Shown here: positions 1-9,314 of the stretch, piece after piece
Position numbering within the stretch: position 1 is the first letter of the stretch
Layout: the number at the start of each line of letters is the position of its first letter
Source of the DNA: Candidatus Ozemobacteraceae bacterium
GTDB taxonomy: Bacteria; Muiribacteriota; Ozemobacteria; Ozemobacterales; Ozemobacteraceae
Assembly: GCA_965140445.1 (NCBI GenBank)
Contig: OZ223236.1
Coordinates: forward strand, 2,880,001 to 2,944,000
Direction of reading: 5' to 3'
Length of the DNA stretch: 64,000 nt
Made by a program: the position numbers and the translations under genes
Notes under the pieces: model-generated
The model's input: the letters and a program-made list of their open reading frames with translations, nothing else
Database searches by the model: none
What the model was told of the DNA's origin: nothing

Positions 1-71
1 TCAAAGAGCATGATGTCTTTGGTTCCTGTGCCGATATCCATGGCCAGGATCGTTTCTTTTAGCTGATTCAA
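1..71 (-). CDS. N-terminus (partial, runs off window) of a probable DUF1786 family / ASKHA-type protein
   Basis: Manual translation from TTG at 71, directly after the moeA stop: MNQLKETILAMDIGTGTKDIMLF. This resembles the ILAxDxGxGTxDI start of DUF1786 proteins. Confidence 0.55.
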   Translation of the reverse strand, partial: MNQLKETILAMDIGTGTKDIMLF

Positions 72-72
72 A

Positions 73-1314
73 TCAATTCCTTATAACCCAGCAATCTACA
101 ATTTCACCTTTTTCTAAATTGGCTTTTGATTCGGGGTGTAAAAAGAGAATCTCAGCTCCGGTAATAGAACTGAGCATATGCGATGCCTGGCTCGCTAATG
201 AAGACACATACGATTCACCATTCTGTTCAACTATTGTTCCTCGTTTAAAAAAATCTCTACCAGATTTATTCGAGCATTTTTCCAGTATGGGGAGCTTGAG
301 TCTTAGGCGATGGGGATTTGCGCAAGAAAGAGCTTTTCTTATAAAAGGTCTAACAAAAAGCTCAAAGGTTACAGATGTGGAAACCTGATTTCCAGGCAAA
401 CCAAAAATCGGGGTATTCTTTAAATGGCCGAAAAAGAAAGGCTTTCCTGGTTTCATTTTCACACCATAAATTTCAGCTTCTACCCCTAACTCTGTGAAAG
501 CTATTTTAAAAGGGTCTTGCCTTCCCATTGAAATTCCACCGCTTGTTACAATAATGTCGCATATTTTGGCAGCATCACTTAAAAGTGTAAAAGCGCTATT
601 GTCATCATCCCGGGCTATTCCAAGGTCTATAGGAGTAGCCCCGGCTTCAATTATTTGTTGAATAAGCATTATTGAATTAGAGTTTCTTACCTGATGATTT
701 TTGGGAATTTCAAAAGGCATAACCAGCTCATTGCCACTGGTAAGAATTCCGACCACAGGTTTTTTGAAAACCTTAACGGCTGTGAGTCCGCAGGAAGCAA
801 TTGTTGCAATTACATGAGGAGTTGCAACCGTGCCTGATTTAATAAGGGTTTCTCCCTTTGAATATTCTTCCGATTTTTTCCGAATGAAGCTCCCGGTTTT
901 AACGGGTTTGAAGAAAGTAATGTTTGCATCATCAGTGGACGAATTTGTATCTTCAATTTTTACTACAGCATTTGCGCCATCTGGCAGGATCCCACCAGTC
1001 GCAATATAGCAACAATGACCTTTTGGTAGTGAATCAGGAATATTACCAGCATCAATGCCATTTATGGTTGGAAGGGTAATTGGATTGTCTGAAGAAGCAT
1101 GCTCAATTGCTGATGCTTCAAGGCAAAAGCCATCCATGGAGGAATTGTCCGATATGGGAGAGTCTAGTGTTGCTTTTATGTCCTGTGCAATGACCCTATT
1201 TAGGCTTTCTGCAGGAGAGATCGTTTCTGTGGCCTGATCCTTAACGTATTGTGAGCTTAAAATTATTGCCAACGCTTCAGCAAAGTTCACTGGTTTTAAC
1301 TGTAGTTTTTTCAT
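73..1314 (-). CDS. moeA: Molybdopterin molybdotransferase MoeA
   Basis: SSMDGF, IATGGILPDGANAVVKIED, TSGNEL, RNSN, TSGGISMG, MKPGKP and GLPGN motifs. Confidence 0.95.
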   Translation of the reverse strand: MKKLQLKPVNFAEALAIILSSQYVKDQATETISPAESLNRVIAQDIKATLDSPISDNSSMDGFCLEASAIEHASSDNPITLPTINGIDAGNIPDSLPKGHCCYIATGGILPDGANAVVKIEDTNSSTDDANITFFKPVKTGSFIRKKSEEYSKGETLIKSGTVATPHVIATIASCGLTAVKVFKKPVVGILTSGNELVMPFEIPKNHQVRNSNSIMLIQQIIEAGATPIDLGIARDDDNSAFTLLSDAAKICDIIVTSGGISMGRQDPFKIAFTELGVEAEIYGVKMKPGKPFFFGHLKNTPIFGLPGNQVSTSVTFELFVRPFIRKALSCANPHRLRLKLPILEKCSNKSGRDFFKRGTIVEQNGESYVSSLASQASHMLSSITGAEILFLHPESKANLEKGEIVDCWVIRN

Positions 1315-1368
1315 GATCTCATTTTATCATACCAAAATGGCAAAGCCAATTTGAAAGAGATACTTTGT

Positions 1369-3312
1369 TTAAAAACTAATTTCTAATAAAACCGGGCGAT
1401 TTCTGAGATTTTTAAATTGGGAGATCCGGTCGTCGGGTATATTGTTATTGAATTCAATAACATCCCCAATCAGGTTTAAAGTGTTTTTTCCGGAAAACTT
1501 TATGATTTGCGCTTTACCATTAGGTTTTAGAGCCTGGTAAAGTTCAGATAACTTGAATTCTGAAGAAAAGAAGGGCTCACATGGTCCAATTGAATCTATA
1601 TCCGTGGTTTTTGGTGATGAAGGAGCAAGGCTTTTCAGCTTTAGGGAAGTGTGTATCATGCTTTCAAGGCTATGGATGATTTTAGCCTCGTCCTCGTGGT
1701 TTCTGACTTCTGGTGATGCAGTTTTTAGGTAGAAGTAAAAAGGAATCATCAAAGATTCGAGCTGAAGAAGGTTTTCCCTTTGTTTTGAGGTTGAAAAATG
1801 CTTTTGTCCGGCAATTCTAGCTTTAATTTCCGTTATTAGAGCATTTGAATTGTAGTTAGACATTTTTATTTCATTTATCAGTTCCTCCCAGAAACTTTGT
1901 GGAGAAAGAAAAACTCTGCCTTTCGCAAAACCAAAAATAGAAAGGTTTACCTGATCAGTAACCAGGAAATATCTCTTTCCAATTTCTTTAATAGAAGGAT
2001 TACTGATTGATGAAATTTTATTTTGCAACTGCCTGTCTGGGAATATTTCGATTTTATGGGTGTTTGGCAAAGAAACAAGTTGTTTCTTTTCATGTTTTAT
2101 ATCTTCTGGCTTGAAAAGAACAATTGGGCTTTTATCAGAAAACAATGAATTAACAAATTCTATTTTTGTTCCATTGTAAATATCTCCCAGAACCTTTTTA
2201 AAGTGATTTTTGGGTGAATCCCAGATTGGAATAGTTGTAACATAGTCATCGCTTAAAATTCCGTCATTGTTTGGTAACCAGATTTTGACTCTTTGAGGTT
2301 TGTCGGCAAGTATTCCTTTTGGAAGTGGAATTACAACTCTTCCTTGTCTAACTGGCAATTCTGAAGCATATAGCAGTCTATGATTTTGCCACAATTCAAT
2401 CTGATAAAGAGTTGAGTCTGGGCAATCATAAGAAATTGTTGTTTGGAATGGCTCTGTTTTAACTTCCTTTATAAAGTTATAGTCTTTGCTATTTGATACT
2501 TTAAGATTGAAATCAAAGTTCTCTATTGTTTCCGAAAAGTTTTCTTCTGAATAGCTCGTTCCTGGGATTAAGCTACTTGGCGTGATGTTATCCATTCTAA
2601 TTGATAGCGGATTCGGGGATTTAAAAACTGGAATTTCATAAGAAATCTCTCCAGCAGCAGATTTGAATTCCACAAAAAACATTTTATTTTCGATACTTTT
2701 ATGAATGAATGTATTAAATTCGACTTTGCCAAAAGCGGATGAAACAAGAATTCTATTTATCAGATCAACTTTTTGGTCTGTCGAAAAAATGGTTCTCAAC
2801 GGGAAGTTAAAAGCTGGCTTGCCACTTATGCGATCATAAGCATAAACAGACATTTTTAACTCTTCATCAGAAAAGGTCGGGTAGGGTAATTGTCCTGGGA
2901 GAATAACCACATTTTTCTTTGAAATAAAGCTGGCTTTGCAAATTGGGTAATATAAATTTTTGACCGGAAATATTTTAATTTGAAATTTGGTTAACTCATT
3001 TGATGGAATTTGAATCTGTCCAACAAAGACCCCTTTTGAACGACGAGTAAGGTCTCCTTGTTGTATTAGAACATCAGAGTCGTCATCTGGAGTTACCTTT
3101 AAAAGCATAGTAAATCCAGGATCAAAGGGCTTGTTTTCTTTATCCAGAAAATAAAATACGATATTTTGCAGACTACCGGGAACTGGCACGGTGTCAGTTG
3201 AAACTATGATTTTTGTTCCATTAGGAAGTCTTTCACCTGCAGATAAGAGGTAGAAAAGAATTAAAAGGGCGAAAACCCCAATGGCTAACTTCTTAATAGT
3301 ATTGAATTCCAT
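1369..3312 (-). CDS. Hypothetical membrane-anchored protein, beta-rich N-terminal half (possibly macroglobulin MG-like domains)
   Basis: 647-aa ORF with N-terminal hydrophobic anchor; no clear catalytic motif. Confidence 0.6.
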   Translation of the reverse strand: MEFNTIKKLAIGVFALLILFYLLSAGERLPNGTKIIVSTDTVPVPGSLQNIVFYFLDKENKPFDPGFTMLLKVTPDDDSDVLIQQGDLTRRSKGVFVGQIQIPSNELTKFQIKIFPVKNLYYPICKASFISKKNVVILPGQLPYPTFSDEELKMSVYAYDRISGKPAFNFPLRTIFSTDQKVDLINRILVSSAFGKVEFNTFIHKSIENKMFFVEFKSAAGEISYEIPVFKSPNPLSIRMDNITPSSLIPGTSYSEENFSETIENFDFNLKVSNSKDYNFIKEVKTEPFQTTISYDCPDSTLYQIELWQNHRLLYASELPVRQGRVVIPLPKGILADKPQRVKIWLPNNDGILSDDYVTTIPIWDSPKNHFKKVLGDIYNGTKIEFVNSLFSDKSPIVLFKPEDIKHEKKQLVSLPNTHKIEIFPDRQLQNKISSISNPSIKEIGKRYFLVTDQVNLSIFGFAKGRVFLSPQSFWEELINEIKMSNYNSNALITEIKARIAGQKHFSTSKQRENLLQLESLMIPFYFYLKTASPEVRNHEDEAKIIHSLESMIHTSLKLKSLAPSSPKTTDIDSIGPCEPFFSSEFKLSELYQALKPNGKAQIIKFSGKNTLNLIGDVIEFNNNIPDDRISQFKNLRNRPVLLEISF

Positions 3313-3322
3313 AAGTTTGGGA

Positions 3323-3351
3323 AAATTAGCATTGAAAAATCATAATGTCAA
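3323..3351 (-). promoter_or_regulatory. sigma70-type promoter, near-leaderless
   Basis: TTGACA-N17-TAATTT (extended TGn) 10 nt upstream of ATG 3312; no SD. Confidence 0.55.
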
Positions 3352-3421
3352 TGAAACAGGCTTTGGTTTGGGTAGAATAATGGAATATGGCCTGGAAAAT
3401 GATCATTGTGTGTCATTGAAT

Positions 3422-3715
3422 CTATGAAACTTCTGCTTCTTTATAACGGAAAATAATGCTTACTAAAAATAAAATTAAAGAAGCAATCAGGAAAATTGGG
3501 ACAACAAATACAGAAAGTGAATAAAACACGAAGTAAGCCATTCCGAGTATGTCTAAATAATTGCCGGAAGTCGTTCCCGTAATAAAGCTGGTGTATTGCC
3601 GTAATCCGGCGAGGTGTAGAAAGGCAAAGCTGAAAAGGATAATTAAGGACCTATATATTAAGCCCCAGATAGAGAATATGCTGGTTTTAAAAGGATTTGG
3701 AAAATTAGTTTTCAT
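3422..3715 (-). CDS. Small membrane protein (97 aa, 2-3 TM) coupled to the LinD-like gene
   Basis: ATG 3715 with GGAG SD overlaps the end of the upstream ORF; hydrophobic segments. Confidence 0.7.
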   Translation of the reverse strand: MKTNFPNPFKTSIFSIWGLIYRSLIILFSFAFLHLAGLRQYTSFITGTTSGNYLDILGMAYFVFYSLSVFVVPIFLIASLILFLVSIIFRYKEAEVS

Positions 3716-4910
3716 TTTTTTCTCCTTGCAAAACCTTTTCCCATGCTGGGCCTTGCGTAATAGAGTATAGGAGAACGGAGTCACCAACCGCGTTACTTGC
3801 ACAATATTTAATTTCATCCTTAGTTCTAACTGGAAAAGCGCCAAGTTCCAGCGATTTATAAAGTTGTGCAAGGTATTCTCTATCGTTAAAAGATGCGGCA
3901 CCAAGAAAGGCAAGTCCCGTAGAGCCGGCGGACAAATTTATAATTGGAATAATTGGGCCAGAATCTACGTCATCATGGCCTACTCCTCCAGGCCATTCAT
4001 AGGCATAACCAAAACCCAGGAAACTTGCCTGAAGATGTTTTTTAGCCTTCAAATACTGATCCTCTGCAAATTCCGGGTCTATAATTTTTAAACAATGGGA
4101 TACCAGCCAGATCGTGCTTCCCTCAGGTCCGTCTGAAATTGATTTTCCAGATAAATCAAATGCGGAAACTAGAATTCCTGTTTTTTTATCTATAAGGTTC
4201 TCTTTTGCTGATTTAATCCAATTTTTGAGAAACTCAGAATTGTCTGTGTGGTCTAAAAAATCGCCTATTTTAATCGCTGCAAGAGCAATGCTGTTACAGA
4301 ACAACCAGCATTCGTCAGGGTAGCTTTCTGCACACAATACAGGATTTACTTCCATTCTGGAAACCATGGTTTCAATTTTGCTGCGCAGGAGTTCCTTGTA
4401 TTCTTGTTTTTCTTCTACTAGCCTTCTTAGGGCGAGCATAAGAGCAATTTCTCCGTCAAGAAAAATTGAGCGTTCTGGTTTTTGCTTAAACGGTAAATTT
4501 TTAGCATATGGCATCAGGAAAAAATATATTCCGTATTTTTTTTCTAAGCTTAGGGTTTCATCAATAATGCTATCCATTATCGGGAGAATGGTTTTCGCTC
4601 TTGCTGGTTCTCTTAGAGCCATGTTGCCCAGGGACCAAACAAAGAAGCAGCGACCCATAAAATCCCATTCTGCATTTCTGGAGCGCATTTTGTCCAGTTC
4701 AAGTTGGCGCAATTCTGGATTAGTCCAGAAATTGATGTATCTATTTGCTATCAACTGGCCCTTAGGAGCGATTATTTTTCCGGATATATAATTGGATTCT
4801 GGCTGAGAAAATAAACTTGAGGCATTGGGTAACCAGATTATTGAAGCCAAAATAAGGGCCAGGAGAGCGACGATTCTGGGTTTCTCTATAAGTTTTTTGA
4901 AAAAATTCAT
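3705..4910 (-). CDS. Linalool dehydratase/isomerase-like (alpha/alpha)6-barrel protein, exported or anchored
   Basis: N-terminal hydrophobic segment; AESYPDECWLFCNSIA resembles the LinD catalytic segment CEPDNYFVQCNSVA. Confidence 0.55.
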   Translation of the reverse strand: MNFFKKLIEKPRIVALLALILASIIWLPNASSLFSQPESNYISGKIIAPKGQLIANRYINFWTNPELRQLELDKMRSRNAEWDFMGRCFFVWSLGNMALREPARAKTILPIMDSIIDETLSLEKKYGIYFFLMPYAKNLPFKQKPERSIFLDGEIALMLALRRLVEEKQEYKELLRSKIETMVSRMEVNPVLCAESYPDECWLFCNSIALAAIKIGDFLDHTDNSEFLKNWIKSAKENLIDKKTGILVSAFDLSGKSISDGPEGSTIWLVSHCLKIIDPEFAEDQYLKAKKHLQASFLGFGYAYEWPGGVGHDDVDSGPIIPIINLSAGSTGLAFLGAASFNDREYLAQLYKSLELGAFPVRTKDEIKYCASNAVGDSVLLYSITQGPAWEKVLQGEKNEN

Positions 4911-4985
4911 AATTTATTTTGTTTCCATATTTAGTTGTAACAAACATATTAATTGAAAACTGTTAAATATAGAATGTCTTTAAAT

Positions 4986-5020
4986 AAAAAAGGGAGCAAC
5001 ACGAATGTCGCTCCCTTTTT
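4986..5020 (-). terminator. Intrinsic terminator downstream of 5037..5732
   Basis: Minus strand GGGAGCGACA-TTCG-TGTTGCTCCC followed by T6. Confidence 0.85.
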
Positions 5021-5036
5021 GTTTTTTTAACCAGAC

Positions 5037-5732
5037 CTATCTTTTTTCAGCATTAATTGCTTCGTTAAATCCTTTAGCTGTTTTATTAGCAAGGGCTTTG
5101 TTAATGGCTTCATCGGTTAAAAGACGTCCCATTTCACCTTCATCAAGCAAGCCAAGGCCTTTTTTAACCATTTTCAAATTGTAGGATTCACCAACAAAGA
5201 ATGTTTTGAATCCACCAATGTTAAGAAATCTTTTTCTTTCTTTTCTCATTTTCATTGATTCAATCTGATTTTTTGCGAATACTATTTCCAAAGTTCCTTT
5301 TTTGAAAACTTCAGTTATTTCAGCATCTATAGCATTGGTAAAGCTAATGGTTACGATTCGTTTTTTGGGAGTAATTCGGGTTGAGACCTTTCTGTCCCAG
5401 ATAGAATCGTTAATAGGCATTCCAACTATCGGGATGTTTTTTTCAAATATTTTTTCATATTCGTTTTTAGTAAGTTCCATGAAAAACTGAGTGTTCATTG
5501 CACCGTCTTTGGAATTTTTCTTAATGTCTTTTCTGCCAAAAGTAATCTGAACATTAAAATAATTAGGTCTTGTATAGGACCAGGCAATTGAGTCTATGAA
5601 AGTTACAGAGTCTTTAGCTGGAGTTTTGTAATTATGAGCCTGATAAAGCCCCATTGTTTCTGTGGCGAATGAATTTGAGGCCAATAAACAAAAGACAAAA
5701 ATAAATAAAAATGATTTCAAAATGTTTTTCAT
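5037..5732 (-). CDS. Hypothetical exported protein
   Basis: 231 aa; Sec signal peptide ending SFA; GGGAG SD; own terminator. Confidence 0.8.
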   Translation of the reverse strand: MKNILKSFLFIFVFCLLASNSFATETMGLYQAHNYKTPAKDSVTFIDSIAWSYTRPNYFNVQITFGRKDIKKNSKDGAMNTQFFMELTKNEYEKIFEKNIPIVGMPINDSIWDRKVSTRITPKKRIVTISFTNAIDAEITEVFKKGTLEIVFAKNQIESMKMRKERKRFLNIGGFKTFFVGESYNLKMVKKGLGLLDEGEMGRLLTDEAINKALANKTAKGFNEAINAEKR

Positions 5733-5760
5733 AAAAACTCCCTAAATTTTATTTGAAGTA

Positions 5761-5781
5761 ATTATAGCAAATAATGTGCCG
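5761..5781 (-). promoter_or_regulatory. sigma54-like -24/-12 element overlapping an extended -10
   Basis: Minus strand CGGCAC-ATTAT-TTGCT (GG-N10-GC) continuing as TGCTATAAT. Confidence 0.5.
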
Positions 5782-5994
5782 TTTTTAAAAGGGCTGGTTA
5801 TCAACCTTTGAAAGATGGATAAATTTAAATTGCTAAAATTCTTGCAAATTTTGGCAAAAAAATTGGCAGATAACCATGCTCTGGTATTACAAACGCATGC
5901 TTTAATTGAATTGACATGTACAGTGGCGGGCCTGTAAGCTTTTTCTGTTGTGATAATCTGGGGAGATTTTTGCGCAAAATATAGAGGAGGAAGG

Positions 5995-6732
5995 ATGACT
6001 GAAACAACTTATGATGTGAGTTTTTTCTCACCAAGATCGGCATCAGCCAAAGAGAACATGAAGATGGTTATCATCATGCTTGCAATTTGGGCTGTAGCGG
6101 TTTTTGGTTTCCAGTTCTTACTTATTGGTATGAACAAGTTAACTCCAGAACCGACCCATGGAGTTTTTACAAAGGTCTGGCCGGCAGTTACAGCCGGGAC
6201 AGCTACTGCTCAGGACAAGAAAGACCTTGCCAGGTCTATTTTAATGGTGCTTGGCAAAAACATTGCGGTAAAAGATAACCATAAAAAAGTTCTTAAAAAT
6301 GTATTGGGTGCTGCCAATTTTGGTTTGGGCGCTTCGGGAAACGATTATAAAGCAACCGCTTCTTTAATCGGTCTTGGAAATGAAGGGTTTGATCCACTGT
6401 TAATTTCAATTTTAAAGTCTTCAATGGTTACTGTTACTTCTGAGGCTATTTCACCAGAAGATAAGGCTGCATTACCAGGGATTATGGATCTTTATCTAAA
6501 GCACAATCGTTCAGCATTAACTGATACACGCTTTTTAGGTTTTCCGTTTCATTATTGGTATACTTCCCAGTTTTTACTTATTTTGTTCGTTAGCCTGTGC
6601 TGGGTGTTTTGCTACATGACCGATGCTGCAAACACAAGACACAATTTGGAAACTGAAGGTTCTGAAGAAAATCAATCCGAACCTCAGGAAAGTTCTCCGG
6701 CTGAAAAGTCTGAAGAAGAAAAGGAGAGCTAA
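5995..6732 (+). CDS. DUF4212 family solute:sodium symporter small subunit, extended form
   Basis: MLAIWAVAVFGFQ and GFPFHYWYTSQ motifs; GAGGAGG SD before ATG 5995; directly upstream of the SSS gene. Confidence 0.8.
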   Translation: MTETTYDVSFFSPRSASAKENMKMVIIMLAIWAVAVFGFQFLLIGMNKLTPEPTHGVFTKVWPAVTAGTATAQDKKDLARSILMVLGKNIAVKDNHKKVLKNVLGAANFGLGASGNDYKATASLIGLGNEGFDPLLISILKSSMVTVTSEAISPEDKAALPGIMDLYLKHNRSALTDTRFLGFPFHYWYTSQFLLILFVSLCWVFCYMTDAANTRHNLETEGSEENQSEPQESSPAEKSEEEKES

Positions 6733-6735
6733 GTT

Positions 6736-8529
6736 ATGATTAACCCTAAAAAATATGGTTTGTTACCAAACTTTCTTTTAATAATCATTGCTGGAATTTT
6801 TGTGTTGGGATTTTCGGGTAATATTTTTGCTCAATCAGCCCAGCCTGTAGCGGATGTTTCAAAAACTGTGGATTCAGCTGCTGCACAACCTGCTTCCGCA
6901 CCACCAGCTGCTGTAGGCACTGCTACGAAACTTGAAGGAACCTTTAAGCTTGGGCCAGCGATCATTCTCATTATTATTCTGTGTATTTTCATTGGCGTAG
7001 GGCTGATGAATCAGGCACAGGGAACTGCAGATTATTGGGCAGCGGGAAGAAAAATTTCTCCTGTAGGTTCTGGAATGGCAATTGCCTCAAACTGGATGAG
7101 TGCTGCATCGTTCCTTGGCATGGCCGCTATAATGTACAACTCTGGCTATCATGGATTGGCCTATGTTGTAGGTTGGACAGGTGGTTACGTTCTGTTACTG
7201 ATTCTAATGGCCAGTCAGATCCGTCGCTATGGGAAATATACCGCAGCCGATTTTATTGGCGATAGATTCTATTCAATGGGACTTCGTGCTTATGCTGCAG
7301 TTTTAACAATTGCAATTTCAATTAGTTATTGTGTTGGACAATTCGCAGGCATTGGTTTGATGTTTAAATGGGTATTCGGTATTCAGCCATTCTGGGCAAT
7401 TATAATTGGGTCTACTGTTGTTTTAACCTACACGCTCATTTCAGGGATGCTTGGGGTAACAAAAAACATGCAGATTCAATATGTAATCATTATCGTGTCA
7501 TTTGTAATCCCTTTGTTCCTTCTTTGCCAAAAATTTGGTTACTTTGCGCTTTTGCCACAGGTTGGCTATGGAGCGGTAGTTTCAGATGTTGTTAATGGTT
7601 TGGAGCCTGCAGCTAAAAATCTAACCAATGTTATGGGCCAGAGTGCCGCAATTGTTCCATCTCCTGAATTTGCTATGCCATGGGATCCAGCGACTGGAAT
7701 GTCTGCTTTTCAATGGCTCGCTATTTGTTTCTCACTAATGATAGGAACAGCTGGTTTGCCTCATGTAATTCAGAGGTTTTATGTTGTGCCAAATCCCAGA
7801 GATGCCCGTTGGTCAGTTGTCTGGGGATTGTTCTTTATTTGTATTCTTTATTGGAGTGCTCCGGCATATTCGGTTTTTGGAAAGCTTCTCTCTTCAGATC
7901 CCGCAATCGGAAAACTTGCTCCTGACGCAATTGTTATTTATACCGCGCAATTAGGGGCCTTATACCCACTTGTTGTAGGTCTTTTGGCAGCTGGAGCTAT
8001 ATCTGCAGCATTTTCAACTGTATCTGGATTGTTGCTGGCGGGAGCTTCCGCTTTCTCGCATGATCTTTATTTCAAAGTTATCAATCCGGAAACTTCAGAA
8101 AAGAAGCAAATGTTCATGGCAAGAGCAGCTACGGTTGGAATGGCAATAATTGTTGCAAGTATTGCTCTGCTAAACCTTGCTTTGATTGCTCAATTGGTTG
8201 CACTCGCTTTCTCTCTTGCCGGTTGTACCATTTTCCCACTTTTCTTACTTGGAATTTGGTGGAGTGGATCAAATAGAGCTGGCGCCTGGGCTGGAGTAAT
8301 TGCTGGAACGAGCGTGGCTTTTGTTGCTCTTACATACTTTATTTGTTCGAAATTTAGTATTGTTCTACCAGGAGCTGAGTTTATCAGTTATTATCTCAAC
8401 GCCTGGTATTTTGCATGGCTAGGAGCTCCATTAGCTATTTTGGCGAACATAATAGTTTCTATTGCTACTGGAAAAGATACACCAGTAGAAATTAAGAAAT
8501 TCCTTGCTGAAAAAGTTCATAGCTATTAA
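6736..8529 (+). CDS. actP: Sodium:solute symporter, ActP/VC_2705 (cation/acetate) family
   Basis: GMAIASNWMSAASFLG, GWTGGY, GTAGLPHVIQRFY and AAFSTVSGLL motifs; multiple TM helices. Confidence 0.85.
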   Translation: MINPKKYGLLPNFLLIIIAGIFVLGFSGNIFAQSAQPVADVSKTVDSAAAQPASAPPAAVGTATKLEGTFKLGPAIILIIILCIFIGVGLMNQAQGTADYWAAGRKISPVGSGMAIASNWMSAASFLGMAAIMYNSGYHGLAYVVGWTGGYVLLLILMASQIRRYGKYTAADFIGDRFYSMGLRAYAAVLTIAISISYCVGQFAGIGLMFKWVFGIQPFWAIIIGSTVVLTYTLISGMLGVTKNMQIQYVIIIVSFVIPLFLLCQKFGYFALLPQVGYGAVVSDVVNGLEPAAKNLTNVMGQSAAIVPSPEFAMPWDPATGMSAFQWLAICFSLMIGTAGLPHVIQRFYVVPNPRDARWSVVWGLFFICILYWSAPAYSVFGKLLSSDPAIGKLAPDAIVIYTAQLGALYPLVVGLLAAGAISAAFSTVSGLLLAGASAFSHDLYFKVINPETSEKKQMFMARAATVGMAIIVASIALLNLALIAQLVALAFSLAGCTIFPLFLLGIWWSGSNRAGAWAGVIAGTSVAFVALTYFICSKFSIVLPGAEFISYYLNAWYFAWLGAPLAILANIIVSIATGKDTPVEIKKFLAEKVHSY

Positions 8530-8541
8530 AGAGATATAGTT

Positions 8542-8575
8542 AAAAAAGGCCGCCCATTTGGGTGGCCTTTTTTTT
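8542..8575. terminator. Bidirectional intrinsic terminator between convergent operons
   Basis: A6-GGCCGCCCA-TT-TGGGTGGCC-T8. Confidence 0.85.
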
Positions 8576-8588
8576 CGCTATTTTATTC

Positions 8589-9314
8589 TCACCCGCCCAG
8601 CAAACCCCAAAAATTTCTTCTAAAAAATGGCTGTTCCGGGGCGACTTTATTTTTTATGCTCTGAAATTTAAGTCCAGGTTCCAGAAGCACATAACCTTCC
8701 CAACTGATTGGCAATCCTATGAATTTAGTTCCACCAATGGTTTTGTGGAACCAACGATGATGATGACCAAAAAGCCAGAATTTTGGGGAAAAATGGTTCA
8801 ATAGTTTTTTACTTCCAGAAAATCCTGTAGGTCCATGAACATCCCAGCCGATAGAGTGAGGAACACCAATTCCTTGAGGACTATCATGAGTGAGAATAAT
8901 TTCAATCTCATCTGATTTGTGTTTCAAACAAAGTTCGATTTCATGATCCTTTATTTCTGCAGCTTCTGGAGTGTTAATAACATCTATAAATGAAGACCCG
9001 CCCAAACAAAGGCATTTATGGTTTCCAAGTTGTTGAACTGAACCTCTTGGAAAATGAGTAAAATGATTTGAGTATAGCTTCAAGAGGTTAGGAAACTTAT
9101 CGAATTCTTCATGATTTCCATCGATAAAGTATACGGGGCGCATAATAGACCTTTTTTTATGCTGAAAAAAACGGTGAAGCTTTTCTTCAAAAAGGCCAAA
9201 ATCTCCTAGAACAACAACTTTTGATACCTTTTTGTTTGTAGTGGCTTCTGCGTGTTCTATTTGGTTATTTATTACATTATAAAAACCGTGAACATCGCTA
9301 ATAATTAAAATCAT
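8589..9314 (-). CDS. Calcineurin-like metallophosphoesterase
   Basis: SDVHG, LGDFG, DGNHE, LTHD and FGHHH motifs; ATGA overlap with the upstream gene. Confidence 0.9.
   Translation of the reverse strand: MILIISDVHGFYNVINNQIEHAEATTNKKVSKVVVLGDFGLFEEKLHRFFQHKKRSIMRPVYFIDGNHEEFDKFPNLLKLYSNHFTHFPRGSVQQLGNHKCLCLGGSSFIDVINTPEAAEIKDHEIELCLKHKSDEIEIILTHDSPQGIGVPHSIGWDVHGPTGFSGSKKLLNHFSPKFWLFGHHHRWFHKTIGGTKFIGLPISWEGYVLLEPGLKFQSIKNKVAPEQPFFRRNFWGLLGG

Noticed and set aside
3716..3913. N-terminal extension of the 163-aa ORF in the track
   Set aside because: Overlaps the LinD-like gene; ATG 3715 has an SD and fits translational coupling
5851..5900. sigma54-like TGGC elements upstream of DUF4212-actP (also near 12063 and 24875)
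   Set aside because: GG-N10-GC spacing fails or the -12 match is poor
5825..6043. 72-aa ORF in the divergent promoter region and other short (60-140 aa) ORFs overlapping called genes
   Set aside because: No SD or motifs; shadows of stronger genes or regulatory DNA
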